Notes under the pieces: generated by a model
Told to the model about the DNA's origin: nothing
The model's input: the letters and a program-made list of their open reading frames with translations, nothing else
Databases searched by the model: none
Program-made: the position numbers and the translations under genes
In this document: positions 30,844 through 40,946 of the stretch, in pieces
How positions within the stretch are numbered: position 1 is the stretch's first letter
Layout: the number at the start of each line of letters is the position of its first letter
Assembly (NCBI GenBank): GCA_021513715.1
Contig: CP084167.1
Location: 352,001 to 416,000 of the forward strand
Direction: 5' to 3'
Source of the DNA: Candidatus Heimdallarchaeum endolithica
GTDB taxonomy: Archaea; Asgardarchaeota; Heimdallarchaeia; Heimdallarchaeales; Heimdallarchaeaceae
DNA length: 64,000 bases

Positions 30844-31698
30844 ATGACTATGAAAACCACTATAATTCCTGAAGATCAAAAAATAGAAATAAAGGAAGAA
30901 ATAAAAAGAAAACCTACTATAGGTGTTTATGCCTTAACTTCTTGTTATGGGTGTCAATTAAAAATTGCAACTGTATCAAAAATTATTGAGATTGCTGATA
31001 GTGTAGATATAGAGAGTTTTTACATGTTGTCTTCAGCCAGCAGTATGCATAAAAAAGTTGATATCGCTTTTGTTGAAGGTTCAGTTTCTACAAAAAAAGA
31101 TTTGGAAGAATTGCTAGAAATAAGAAAAAACAGTAAAACTCTGGTGGGTGTAGGAGCTTGTGCTTTACAAGGTGGAGTCCAAAGTTGGAATCATGGAGAT
31201 AAAAACTATAAAGATCTTTTTGAAAATGTTTATGGAAAAAGTAAAATTGAAATATCAGAGGCTATTGAGGCAAAACCTATAGAAGAATATGTGAAAGTTG
31301 ATTTTAGATTACCTGGTTGTCCTCCTGAAGAAGAAGAAATAATTTATTTCATCTCTACTTTCTTATTCGGTTCATGGCCAGAAGAAAAGGATTACCCAGT
31401 TTGTCAAGAATGCAGATTTGCAGGAAATATTTGTTTACTTATTGAAAAGAATGAGCCTTGTTTAGGTTCTATAACAACTGCAGGATGTAATGCACGTTGT
31501 ATATCTTATAATGTTCCTTGTATTGGATGTCGAGGACCTGTGCCTAACGATGTGGCGTGGTTTGATTCTCTCGCAAAAGTCTTTGTAGAGAAAGGATTTA
31601 CAGAAGAGTATATTAGAGAAAGAATGAAAATTTTCGGTTCTCACCATCCTAAATTGGAAGAATTGTTAACTAAAGTTTTTGGAGGGGAAAAGAAATGA
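30844..31698 (+). CDS. hydD: Sulfhydrogenase delta (small) subunit
   Basis: SCYGC, VEGS, GACA, PGCPP, C.EC, CLG, C.GC.G. Confidence 0.92.
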   Translation: MTMKTTIIPEDQKIEIKEEIKRKPTIGVYALTSCYGCQLKIATVSKIIEIADSVDIESFYMLSSASSMHKKVDIAFVEGSVSTKKDLEELLEIRKNSKTLVGVGACALQGGVQSWNHGDKNYKDLFENVYGKSKIEISEAIEAKPIEEYVKVDFRLPGCPPEEEEIIYFISTFLFGSWPEEKDYPVCQECRFAGNICLLIEKNEPCLGSITTAGCNARCISYNVPCIGCRGPVPNDVAWFDSLAKVFVEKGFTEEYIRERMKIFGSHHPKLEELLTKVFGGEKK

Positions 31699-33005
31699 CA
31701 ACAATAAAATTTACACAACCTATTACAGTTGATCATATTGCGAGGATAGAAGGAAAGGCAGGAATAGAAGTGCAAATTAAAGATAAAAAAGAAGTAGAAG
31801 TTAAAGTAAATATCTTTGAAGGTCCTCGTCTTTTTGAAAGTATTGTAATTGGAAAAAGTGTAGAAGAAGCAACTGCTGTTTTTCCACGAGTATGCTCTTT
31901 TTGTGCTGCTGCTCATAAAATTACTGGATTGTTAGCTGCAGAAAATGCTATTGGATTACAAGTTTCAGAACAAACAGCAAAAATAAGGGAATTAATGTAT
32001 ATTGGGGACATGATAGAAAGTCATGCTTTACATCTGTTTTTGCTAGCTTTGCCAGATTTTCTTGGTTATCCAGATGGGATAAGTATGGGTAAAGATCATC
32101 CATCTATAATCAAAACTGCTCTTCAATTAAAAGATTTAGGTGCTATTATTCAAACTATTACTGGTTCTAGGTATATACATCAAGAGAATGCTTTGATGGG
32201 TGGTTTCGGAAAAATACCTACAAAAACTAAACTTAACGAAGTTGTAAATCTCTTGCGCAATTCTAAAGACATTTCCACAGTAGCACTTGAACAGTTTGTT
32301 AAATACGAGTTATGGGAAGAAGTAAGTTCTGAAAGGATACATCTAGCTTTAGAACCCAAAAATAATATCTATGGTATAATAGGAGAGAAAATTAAAGCAA
32401 CTGATGGGACGAGTTTTAATGCGAATGAATATAGAGAAAATATTGAAGAAAGAGTTGTTCCTCATTCATTTGCAAAACATTCTAGTTATAGAGGAAAAAG
32501 ATTCACAACTGGTGCTCTTTCAAGGATAACTTTATTCAGTTCTTTGTTAAACGATAAAGGAAAAGAGTTATATCAGAACTATAACAATTTTATTAATCCG
32601 AATAATCCTCTTTCTAATAATATTGCACAAGCGATTGAACTAAGCTACTTTATTGACCGTGCAGAAGAGATAACCCTCGAAATTCTGGACAATTATAAAG
32701 AAGAATCACGCATAAAACCAACTTTCAAAGAAGGAACAGGTTATGCTGTAACAGAAGCTCCAAGAGGATTGCTAGCCTATATGATAAGTGTAAATAAAGA
32801 GGGTAAAGTAAGAAAAGCTGATATTATTACACCTACTGCAATGTTTTTAGCTCAAAAAGAAGTAGACTTGAAAATAATGACAGAGTCACTGGTCAAAAAG
32901 GGAATTGACAATCCTTCTGAAATTAGCCAGAAATTGGAAACAATAGTAAGATCTTATGACCCTTGTGTGTCCTGTAGTGTTCATGTAACTAAACTAGGTA
33001 GATAA
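31695..33005 (+). CDS. hydA: Sulfhydrogenase alpha ([NiFe] large) subunit
   Basis: RIEG, L1 RVCSFC, EAPRG, L2 DPCVSCSVH followed by a short cleavable tail. Confidence 0.95.
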   Translation: MTTIKFTQPITVDHIARIEGKAGIEVQIKDKKEVEVKVNIFEGPRLFESIVIGKSVEEATAVFPRVCSFCAAAHKITGLLAAENAIGLQVSEQTAKIRELMYIGDMIESHALHLFLLALPDFLGYPDGISMGKDHPSIIKTALQLKDLGAIIQTITGSRYIHQENALMGGFGKIPTKTKLNEVVNLLRNSKDISTVALEQFVKYELWEEVSSERIHLALEPKNNIYGIIGEKIKATDGTSFNANEYRENIEERVVPHSFAKHSSYRGKRFTTGALSRITLFSSLLNDKGKELYQNYNNFINPNNPLSNNIAQAIELSYFIDRAEEITLEILDNYKEESRIKPTFKEGTGYAVTEAPRGLLAYMISVNKEGKVRKADIITPTAMFLAQKEVDLKIMTESLVKKGIDNPSEISQKLETIVRSYDPCVSCSVHVTKLGR

Positions 33006-33466
33006 TGATTTGTATGTATAAAACACTTATTCTTTCTCTTGGTAGCTCTATAATGTCTGATGATGCTATTGGACATGTTATTACTCAAAATCTCATAAAA
33101 AAGAAAGTAAAAGCTGATATAATCCAATTAGATACAGACATTTTTAAACTAAATTTATTTTTTAACAACCATAAGAGAATAATTATTGTTGATGCTATTC
33201 AAAGTAGTGAATCACCTGGAACTATTCATGTTATCTCTTATCTTGATTTTGAAAAAGAGATCAATGGAAAAATTAGAGGAAGTCATTTTTTAAATATAAA
33301 AGAAGGAATTGAACTTCTTCGTTTAGCTAACTCCAAAATCGCTGAAGCAGAAATTATTTTGGTAGGTATGGTTGTTAAAAAAGTAGAATTAGGAACAGAT
33401 TTAACACCTATTTTAATAAAAAAAATCGAAGAAGTTTGCAATATAATAATAAATCTTGTAATATAA
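33005..33466 (+). CDS. Hydrogenase maturation endopeptidase
   Basis: LGS.IMSDDAIG, IIVDA, SH motif; last gene of the operon. Confidence 0.88.
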   Translation: MICMYKTLILSLGSSIMSDDAIGHVITQNLIKKKVKADIIQLDTDIFKLNLFFNNHKRIIIVDAIQSSESPGTIHVISYLDFEKEINGKIRGSHFLNIKEGIELLRLANSKIAEAEIILVGMVVKKVELGTDLTPILIKKIEEVCNIIINLVI

Positions 33467-33551
33467 TTCATTAATAGAATTTTTTTAAATCACTATCTTC
33501 ATATCTTAATTTTTTAATATACACTATTAAATTTAAACAAGAGGGCATGAT

Positions 33552-35369
33552 ATGAGCTTTTCAAAGAAAGAATTAGTTAAATATGGTTTAACTTTTACAT
33601 TAATTGTTGTCACAGTTGTTCTTACAATGGTTTTTACTAAAGGTACAGTTCAAACTGGAGAACATATAGCTACACTCGATTGTTATTACGACAATGGTAA
33701 AGAACAGTTCAATTATACTTACACATTCAGTTTTGAACTGATTAAAGGTTCAAGTTATCCTTTGACTACTGAGATAATTCCTCTTGGCGATATCTACAAA
33801 CTTTGGATACAATATGTTCCTAAAATCCATGTTGGTTATGATGAACAGATGTTTATTAAAGTCTCAATTACTGATTTAGTTGAAGATAATGTTAAACCAG
33901 TTCCTGTAATTGGTAATTTTTCCTTAGAAATAAAGAGTCTTTCTGGAAAAGGACTAGATTTAGTTCTTCCTGCTTCTGGGTTAGAAGAAGATTATAGAGG
34001 ACAAAAATGGATAGACTTTAAGATAAGATTACCTTATGAAACAAATGTTGTTTTGTCATTACTATTTGTAGTAGGTATTTTATGGGTAACTGAAACCATT
34101 CCTTTAGTGGCTACAAGTTTCCTTATTCCTGTTATTGGAGTAACAGCTCTTAATTTAAGTGTAAAAGGTTTACTAGCTCCTTTTGCAGAACCAGTTATCT
34201 TCCTGTTTCTAGGTGGTTTTGTAATTTCTAAGGCAATGAACAGAACAGGTTTAGATAAATGGATAAGCCTTAATATTGTAAGAATTAGTCCTAATAAACC
34301 TAAAATCCTCATGTTATTAATGATGACTTTTAGTGCTATTCTGTCAATGTTTATGTCTAATACTGCAACTGCTGCAACTATGATTCCAATAGCAACAGCA
34401 GTTTCTGATAAATTAAAGACAGGAAAAAAGGAAGAAGATGTTCATATTGAAAGATACGGAAAAGCTCTTATTTTAGGAATAGCTTATAGTGCTTCTCTTG
34501 GAGGAATAGGGTCTGCAATTGGTACTCCTGCTAACCCAATTGCAATAGCTCTCTTAAGAGACTATGCAGGAGTAGAAATAAGTTTTATCAAGTGGTTTGT
34601 TTTTGGTCTTCCTATTGTTTTTGTTATGCTACCTATAATGTGGTTATATATTTGGGCAGTCTATAAACCTCAAGTTCCATCTGAAAGAATAGAAAGTGCA
34701 AAAATGGCCGTAAAGAAAGAAATAGATAATATGGGACCATTAAATAAAAAACAAATTTATGTTTTGTTTGTTTTTCTAACTGCTTTAACTCTCTGGTTCT
34801 TAGAAAGGCCATTGAAGAAAATTATGCCTACTTTTTCAAGTAGTGTAGTCGCTGTTATTGCAGCAATAATGATATTTGTTCCAAATGTTTTACAAGATAA
34901 GGATATTAATGATTTGAATTGGAATGCTCTTCTCATATTTGGAGGAGGTCTAGTTTTAGGAGTAGTAATGACAGAATCAGGAACAGGTGACATGATAGCT
35001 TTTTCAATTGCTAATTTCCAAATTACAAGTAAATTACTATTCTTGTTTATAATTACATTACTAAGCGTTGTGTTGACATTTGTAGCTTCAAACACTGGTG
35101 CAGCAGCAATAATTGTTCCATTGGTTATACCTTTAGGTCTTATTTTTGATATTGATCCAGTGTTACTTGCAGTAATTGCAGCGATAGGATCAAGTATTGA
35201 CTTTATGCTTCCTCAAGGAACTCCTCCAACAATGATAGCTTATAGTACAGGAAAGTATACTGTAAAAGAAATGGTGAAAATAGGTTTTCTTATTGTTTTA
35301 TTGGGAACAGTTCTTCTAGCTTTTGTTTTTCCATTCTTCTGGAAGCTGATAGGAGTAGTATATTTCTAA
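33552..35369 (+). CDS. SLC13/DASS anion:sodium symporter with extra N-terminal soluble domain
   Basis: WVTETIP, MSNTAT, IGTPAN, ASNTG, PQGTPP. Confidence 0.9.
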   Translation: MSFSKKELVKYGLTFTLIVVTVVLTMVFTKGTVQTGEHIATLDCYYDNGKEQFNYTYTFSFELIKGSSYPLTTEIIPLGDIYKLWIQYVPKIHVGYDEQMFIKVSITDLVEDNVKPVPVIGNFSLEIKSLSGKGLDLVLPASGLEEDYRGQKWIDFKIRLPYETNVVLSLLFVVGILWVTETIPLVATSFLIPVIGVTALNLSVKGLLAPFAEPVIFLFLGGFVISKAMNRTGLDKWISLNIVRISPNKPKILMLLMMTFSAILSMFMSNTATAATMIPIATAVSDKLKTGKKEEDVHIERYGKALILGIAYSASLGGIGSAIGTPANPIAIALLRDYAGVEISFIKWFVFGLPIVFVMLPIMWLYIWAVYKPQVPSERIESAKMAVKKEIDNMGPLNKKQIYVLFVFLTALTLWFLERPLKKIMPTFSSSVVAVIAAIMIFVPNVLQDKDINDLNWNALLIFGGGLVLGVVMTESGTGDMIAFSIANFQITSKLLFLFIITLLSVVLTFVASNTGAAAIIVPLVIPLGLIFDIDPVLLAVIAAIGSSIDFMLPQGTPPTMIAYSTGKYTVKEMVKIGFLIVLLGTVLLAFVFPFFWKLIGVVYF

Positions 35370-35397
35370 ACTATCTTTTTTCTTATTTTTTGTTTGT

Positions 35398-36261
35398 CTA
35401 TTCTTCAAAAATTCTTTTTCTAATTTCCCTTGCTGTTGGTGTGTTAGCAATACCTCCTAAACCTGTTTCTTTTAATTCATAAGCAAGTTTTTTTCCAACA
35501 TTATTCATTGCTGCAACTACTTCATCAACTGGAATTATGGAAGATACGCCACTTAAAGCTAACTCTGAAGCAAGAAAAGCGTTCATTACTCCAATAGTAT
35601 TTCTCTTAATACAAGGAGATATTACCAATCCAGCAACTGGATCACAAACTAAACCCATTAAATTAATTAAACATAGAGATATTGCTTCAAAAATCTGGTT
35701 CAAAGAGCCTCCAGCTAAATAAGTTATTGCAGCAGCACTCATTGCAGAAGCTACACCTACTTCTGCTTGACATCCCCCTTCACTCCCAGAAAGAGTAGCT
35801 TTATTACCGATAATAGCTCCAACAATTCCTCCTACAATTAGAGCTTTAAGAGAATCTTCTTTACTTTTTTTTAATTTTTCTTCAGCTTTAAATAATACAG
35901 CAGGAAAAACACCAGAAGAACCTGCAGTTGGACAAGCAACAATCACTCCCATACCACTATTGTATTCAGCAATGCTCATAGTCCAATAAACAGCTTCTTT
36001 CATATTTTTATCCAAAAAGAAAGGTTCAGAAGTTAATTTATCACTTTGTCCTATTGCTTCCTCTATAGGTAATATAGTTTTCTCAGATAGAGCATTTTCT
36101 AGAGACTTCTTCATTGTATTGTAGATTGTATCAACTCTATCTAGAATCTCTTTCTTTGTTTTTTCTGTTGTATGTATCTCCTCAAGTATAATGAATTCAG
36201 CAACATCATCAATTTTACTTTTTGTAAATTCATCATAAAAATGAATAAAAGATTCAAACAT
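35398..36261 (-). CDS. sdaAA: L-serine dehydratase alpha subunit (Fe-S)
   Basis: ACPTAGSSG, GGCQAE, GLVCDPVAG, PCIKRN, KETGLGG. Confidence 0.93.
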   Translation of the reverse strand: MFESFIHFYDEFTKSKIDDVAEFIILEEIHTTEKTKKEILDRVDTIYNTMKKSLENALSEKTILPIEEAIGQSDKLTSEPFFLDKNMKEAVYWTMSIAEYNSGMGVIVACPTAGSSGVFPAVLFKAEEKLKKSKEDSLKALIVGGIVGAIIGNKATLSGSEGGCQAEVGVASAMSAAAITYLAGGSLNQIFEAISLCLINLMGLVCDPVAGLVISPCIKRNTIGVMNAFLASELALSGVSSIIPVDEVVAAMNNVGKKLAYELKETGLGGIANTPTAREIRKRIFEE

Positions 36262-36919
36262 TTAAAACCCTCACTAATTTTACATTTTCTAATTTTTCTA
36301 TCTCTGAAGAAAGTTCTTCAGAAATTGTAGAATTTATTTCAATCCAAGTTAGAGCTTCTCTTTTTCTAATATTTTTTGTAAGTTTCATAGAATCAATATT
36401 TATTTTATGTTTTGCAATGACAGAGGTTATTTTTGATATTATTCCTGGTAAATCTTTATGTACAACTACTAAAGTAGGCAAGTCTGTGTTAAACCCTGCT
36501 TCATAACCGTCAATTTCTATAATTATTATATTTCCTCCTCCAATTGAACTTCCTATTACTTCAATTTTTTTACTACCTTTTTTTACATGAAGTAATACAG
36601 AGTTAGGATGAAAATCTCCTCCTAAGTCTCCTTTTTTTATTTTGAATTTCATCCCTTTTTCTTCAGCAAAAAAGAAGGCTTTTCTAATTCTTTCATCATC
36701 AGGTTTAAAACCTAAAAGTCCTGCAACTATGGCTTTATCTGTTCCATGTCCTTTATATGTTTCAGAAAAAGAACCAAGTAAAATAATTTCTGCTTGTGTT
36801 GGAATATCACCTAGTAATTGGTAAGTGACATAAGCTATTCTACAAGCTCCTGCTGTATGACTGGAACTTGGACCTACCATTATATGCCCTATTACATCAA
36901 ATATAGAGTCGTATTTCAC
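36254..36919 (-). CDS. sdaAB: L-serine dehydratase beta subunit with ACT domain
   Basis: MVGPSSSHTAGA, GHGTD, HPN, SIGGG. Confidence 0.93.
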   Translation of the reverse strand: MKYDSIFDVIGHIMVGPSSSHTAGACRIAYVTYQLLGDIPTQAEIILLGSFSETYKGHGTDKAIVAGLLGFKPDDERIRKAFFFAEEKGMKFKIKKGDLGGDFHPNSVLLHVKKGSKKIEVIGSSIGGGNIIIIEIDGYEAGFNTDLPTLVVVHKDLPGIISKITSVIAKHKINIDSMKLTKNIRKREALTWIEINSTISEELSSEIEKLENVKLVRVLNV

Positions 36920-36944
36920 ATGTTTTTAAAAAAAAGATTTAGTC

Positions 36945-38321
36945 TTAAACTTTCTCTTTTTTTAGTGGAAAAACAACCCGAAAGACTACTTCTCCATCAT
37001 TGTTTGAAGATACATTTATTGTAGCGTCATATCTCTCCAATATTCTCTTAACTAAAAATAATCCTAAACCAGATCCACTCTGTTCACCAGAAGAGAACCC
37101 TTTTTTAAATATATTATCTTTAATAGAATGATCAATTTTAGAACCATTGTTTTGGATTTCTAAAATAATACTTTTTGTATTTTTCTTTATATAGAAATCT
37201 ATTTTATTAGCTTTTCCATGTTTAATAGCATTAGTAACAATATTTTCTAATGCAAAAAGAAGTAAATTGTCACAATTTACTTCTGCGTCACCATGAATAG
37301 AAAACTCTATAGGTTCTGCCAAATATGTGCTAACTATTTTTTCTATAATTTTCTTAAGACTAACTGTTTCGAAGTAAAAAGTTGAGGATAATGTCTCGTG
37401 GAGAATATTTATCCTTTGTATTAATAGAAAACCTCTGTTAACAGCGTTTAAAGCTCTGTGAAGTAATCTTTTGTTTCCTGTTTCTAAATAAATATCTATC
37501 ATTCCTTCTATTACTACTAAATCATTTTGTAAATCATGCCTTAAAACACTTAACAATGTTTCAAGTACCTCGTTATATTTATCAGCTTCAGCTATCGCTT
37601 TTTCTTGAGCTGAAACATTTATTCCTGTTGCAATTATGTATTCTACATTCTTGTTATCACAGATTAGAGAATAATACCAAGAAATTTCTACAACTTTACC
37701 TGATTTTGTTTGAATTTCACTTACAAAATTGAAAGGTTTACTCTGGCACTCGATTTGTTTAAAAAAGATATCTTTTATTCTTTTCTTGTCATTTTCAACA
37801 AAGAAATCCCAGCAGTATTTTCCTTCAATTTCTTTACTTGTAAATCCTAATACTTTTTCAAGTTCACTGTTAGATTTTATTATTTTTCCATTATTGTTTA
37901 TAATTACTAGTAAGTTTCTTGAAATATTAACTATTGAGTTAAAAATGTCAAATTCTTTTTTTTTAAAAGGTATATCTCTTATTGATTTTGATTTAATTGC
38001 ATGTATTAGTAAATAGTTCTCATTCTCTGTTTGGTTAAAAAACAACTTAAATGGAATTGAATCTCCATGTTTATTGATTAATCTTCCTTCTTCAAGAAAA
38101 AAAATCTCTTTCTCAATTCTTTCAAATATTAAATTACAAACAGTTTCAGGCATAATTTTATTCAAGTTTTGGTTAATTATTTCATCTCGATGAAAGTCTA
38201 GTTCTTTTGCAAGTAAATTGTGAATAAATACAATATGTTTGCTTTCAATATTTACAACTAATGAATATACTTGTGAATCTTCTAGAAATTCTACTAGTTT
38301 CAAGTCATCTAATTTCATCAA
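36945..38321 (-). CDS. PAS-domain sensor histidine kinase
   Basis: Two PAS-like domains, LRHDLQNDL H-box, NAIKHG, GSGLGL. Confidence 0.9.
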   Translation of the reverse strand: MMKLDDLKLVEFLEDSQVYSLVVNIESKHIVFIHNLLAKELDFHRDEIINQNLNKIMPETVCNLIFERIEKEIFFLEEGRLINKHGDSIPFKLFFNQTENENYLLIHAIKSKSIRDIPFKKKEFDIFNSIVNISRNLLVIINNNGKIIKSNSELEKVLGFTSKEIEGKYCWDFFVENDKKRIKDIFFKQIECQSKPFNFVSEIQTKSGKVVEISWYYSLICDNKNVEYIIATGINVSAQEKAIAEADKYNEVLETLLSVLRHDLQNDLVVIEGMIDIYLETGNKRLLHRALNAVNRGFLLIQRINILHETLSSTFYFETVSLKKIIEKIVSTYLAEPIEFSIHGDAEVNCDNLLLFALENIVTNAIKHGKANKIDFYIKKNTKSIILEIQNNGSKIDHSIKDNIFKKGFSSGEQSGSGLGLFLVKRILERYDATINVSSNNDGEVVFRVVFPLKKEKV

Positions 38322-38374
38322 TTAAAAAAGGGAAAAGAACTATATATTCTTTTTTTTTCCTTCTTTCTTTTTTC

Positions 38375-40783
38375 TTAGAACTCATCCCCAAAAAATAGAT
38401 CGTCTTTTTCTTCTTTAGGAAGTTTAGTTGGCCACCAATTCCACTTTTGTGCAAGAGACATTATTGCAGGAACAAGAATAGTACGAATAACAAAAGTGTC
38501 AACTATTACAGCAAAGCAAAGCATGAAACCAAATTGATTTAGAACCATTTCCTTACTAAGCATCAATCCTGAAAAAGCAATAGCCATAATGACTCCAGCA
38601 GCAGATATTATAGGACCTGTTCTGTATACACCTTTATGAATAGAAGCTGTTTCTGTATAACCTTTCTTTCTATATTCGCTTATTCTACTTAACAAGAATA
38701 TATCGTAATCCAAGCCTAAACCTACTAAAATTGAAAAAGCCATTATAGGTGTGATCCAGTACATTGCATCTACAGTTCTAAGGGGTTCAAAAAGCCAATC
38801 TACAATGTTTAACTCAAAAATTAAGACTGCAAATCCATAAATCCAACTCAAAGTTAAAGCTATAGTAAATAAAAGTCGCAAAGGAACAAAAACTGAACCA
38901 AACATTAGTGCAATAAGAACATAGACAATAATAATTGTTACCACTATCATTATCGGGAATAATTCATAGACTTTATCAATAGAATCCACAATTGTAGAAA
39001 TTCCTCCTGCAAGGTAGAATTTGTAGTCTGAAGAAGTCAAATTTGAACTAAAATCATTTAAAAATGTTCTCACTTGCTTTACAAATTCTTCAGAAGCGAA
39101 GGGATCAAAGGGTGTGTTTATTTGGATAATAGCTGAAGAATTAGATGGATTAACATATCTTTGAAAAGCAATTCTGTATAACTCTGCTTCATTTGAATAA
39201 TAAAGAGAAGAATTAGAATCAAGAAATTGTAAAGCATAAATATAGGGTATAGGTATTCCATTGGGTTGAGTAAAGATAGATAGAATATTTTCATAAGGTA
39301 GATGCAAAGAAGCATTTATGCTTTCTATTAGTTGTTGTGCTACATTAAAGAACGTTTGATTAAAAACTGAATTTTCTTCTGGACCTTGAATAATTATGTA
39401 GTAGGGAAAAATTACTCCAGGATCAAATTCCTCTAGAAGCATGTTATATGTTTGTACTGAAGGCATATCTCGTGGAAAAACTTGATTTGTATCTACTGTG
39501 TGTTTAAGTTTAACTACTTGTATGCTTATTGGAATGGCTGCAATTAAAACAACTAAAATGATAAATACGGAGTATTTGGTAGAAAATTTAGAAATCTTGT
39601 ACCATATAGATTTTAATTGTTTTTCTAATTCGATGCTTTCTTTATCTTTAACAGTAATATCTTTTTTTTTGTTTCTTTTTTCAGCTATTTTTTTAGCAAG
39701 GAAAAAGTCACTAAAGAATTTTTGGAATATTAGAAGTAAGGAAGGAGTAATAGATAAATTTGCAATAATAGTTATAATAACAGCAATTGAAGCTCCTATT
39801 CCTATTGACTGGAGTAAATCCATTGGGAAGAATATTAATCCCATGAAACAAATAGCAAGAGTTAATCCCGAAACTATAATTGTGTGTCCAGCATGTTCAC
39901 TCATTAAAGCTACAGCAGTGGAAACATCTTTTCCTTTCAATATTTCTTCCCTATATCTTGTCAATAGAAAAAGGCTATAATCAATTGACATTGCAATAAC
40001 ACAAGACATCATGACACTAGGAGCAAAAGAAATAACATTTATTGAAAGAGAAATAGGCAACATTATTAAAAAGGAAGTAAAAGTGCTTAATATCATCGAA
40101 AATATAGGTATTATCATTAACCTGAAACTTCTTAGAACTAAAGCTAAAACAATAAGGGCTATAGGAAGAACAACTGTATCCATTCTTGCAAGATCATGTT
40201 TTGTACCTTTTTCGATGTCTAAAATTAAAATATCAGAACCTGTTAAACCAATGTAATATTTTTCTTTGTTGATTTCCGATTTCTCAATTTCATTTTCTAG
40301 AAATTTTTGTAAAGCTTGAATCTGTGTTTTAGAAGCATTTAGATACTCGATAACAGTAATAAGAGAATATCCATCATTTGAAACAAGTTCATTAGCTAAA
40401 TCTAAAAATCCTAGCTTTATAAGAGTAAAGTAATCTTGAGTTGATTCAATTATCTCATTATATTCAAAATCATCTAATGAAGAGATTATCTCTTTAACTG
40501 TCTCATTGACTTCTTGATTAATTACAGATTGTTGTTCATTGTTTTTTATTAAAATTATTATATTTGATTCGCTTTCTCTATCTGGAAATTCGGAGACAAA
40601 TATTTCTTCTGCAATAGCTGAAGGAGAACCTTTTGGAGAGTCAAAAACTAGTTTTGTATTAGACAATGTCCGAGGGCCTAACCATATTCCAAAGGATAAA
40701 ATAATTAACCAGAGAATTAAGACCACATATTTGTATTTTTGCAAGAATTTGTGATACAGCTGAACAAACTTCATGTAATACAA
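38375..40783 (-). CDS. MMPL/RND family transporter
   Basis: IDYSLFLLTRYREE, GLGLDYDIFLLSRI, DTFVIR.ILVPA. Confidence 0.9.
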   Translation of the reverse strand: MYYMKFVQLYHKFLQKYKYVVLILWLIILSFGIWLGPRTLSNTKLVFDSPKGSPSAIAEEIFVSEFPDRESESNIIILIKNNEQQSVINQEVNETVKEIISSLDDFEYNEIIESTQDYFTLIKLGFLDLANELVSNDGYSLITVIEYLNASKTQIQALQKFLENEIEKSEINKEKYYIGLTGSDILILDIEKGTKHDLARMDTVVLPIALIVLALVLRSFRLMIIPIFSMILSTFTSFLIMLPISLSINVISFAPSVMMSCVIAMSIDYSLFLLTRYREEILKGKDVSTAVALMSEHAGHTIIVSGLTLAICFMGLIFFPMDLLQSIGIGASIAVIITIIANLSITPSLLLIFQKFFSDFFLAKKIAEKRNKKKDITVKDKESIELEKQLKSIWYKISKFSTKYSVFIILVVLIAAIPISIQVVKLKHTVDTNQVFPRDMPSVQTYNMLLEEFDPGVIFPYYIIIQGPEENSVFNQTFFNVAQQLIESINASLHLPYENILSIFTQPNGIPIPYIYALQFLDSNSSLYYSNEAELYRIAFQRYVNPSNSSAIIQINTPFDPFASEEFVKQVRTFLNDFSSNLTSSDYKFYLAGGISTIVDSIDKVYELFPIMIVVTIIIVYVLIALMFGSVFVPLRLLFTIALTLSWIYGFAVLIFELNIVDWLFEPLRTVDAMYWITPIMAFSILVGLGLDYDIFLLSRISEYRKKGYTETASIHKGVYRTGPIISAAGVIMAIAFSGLMLSKEMVLNQFGFMLCFAVIVDTFVIRTILVPAIMSLAQKWNWWPTKLPKEEKDDLFFGDEF

Positions 40784-40946
40784 TATTTAGCGTAAATTAT
40801 TTATTATTTTCGTAATATTTTATTTTTTATTTCTTGTATTTTTAAATACAGTATTTTGCTTAAATTTTCAACGAATAGGGTTTTTATGGTTCAAATATTT
40901 TTTGAAACAAAAAAAGATTAAAAAAGGTAGGAAAATAAAATAAATC

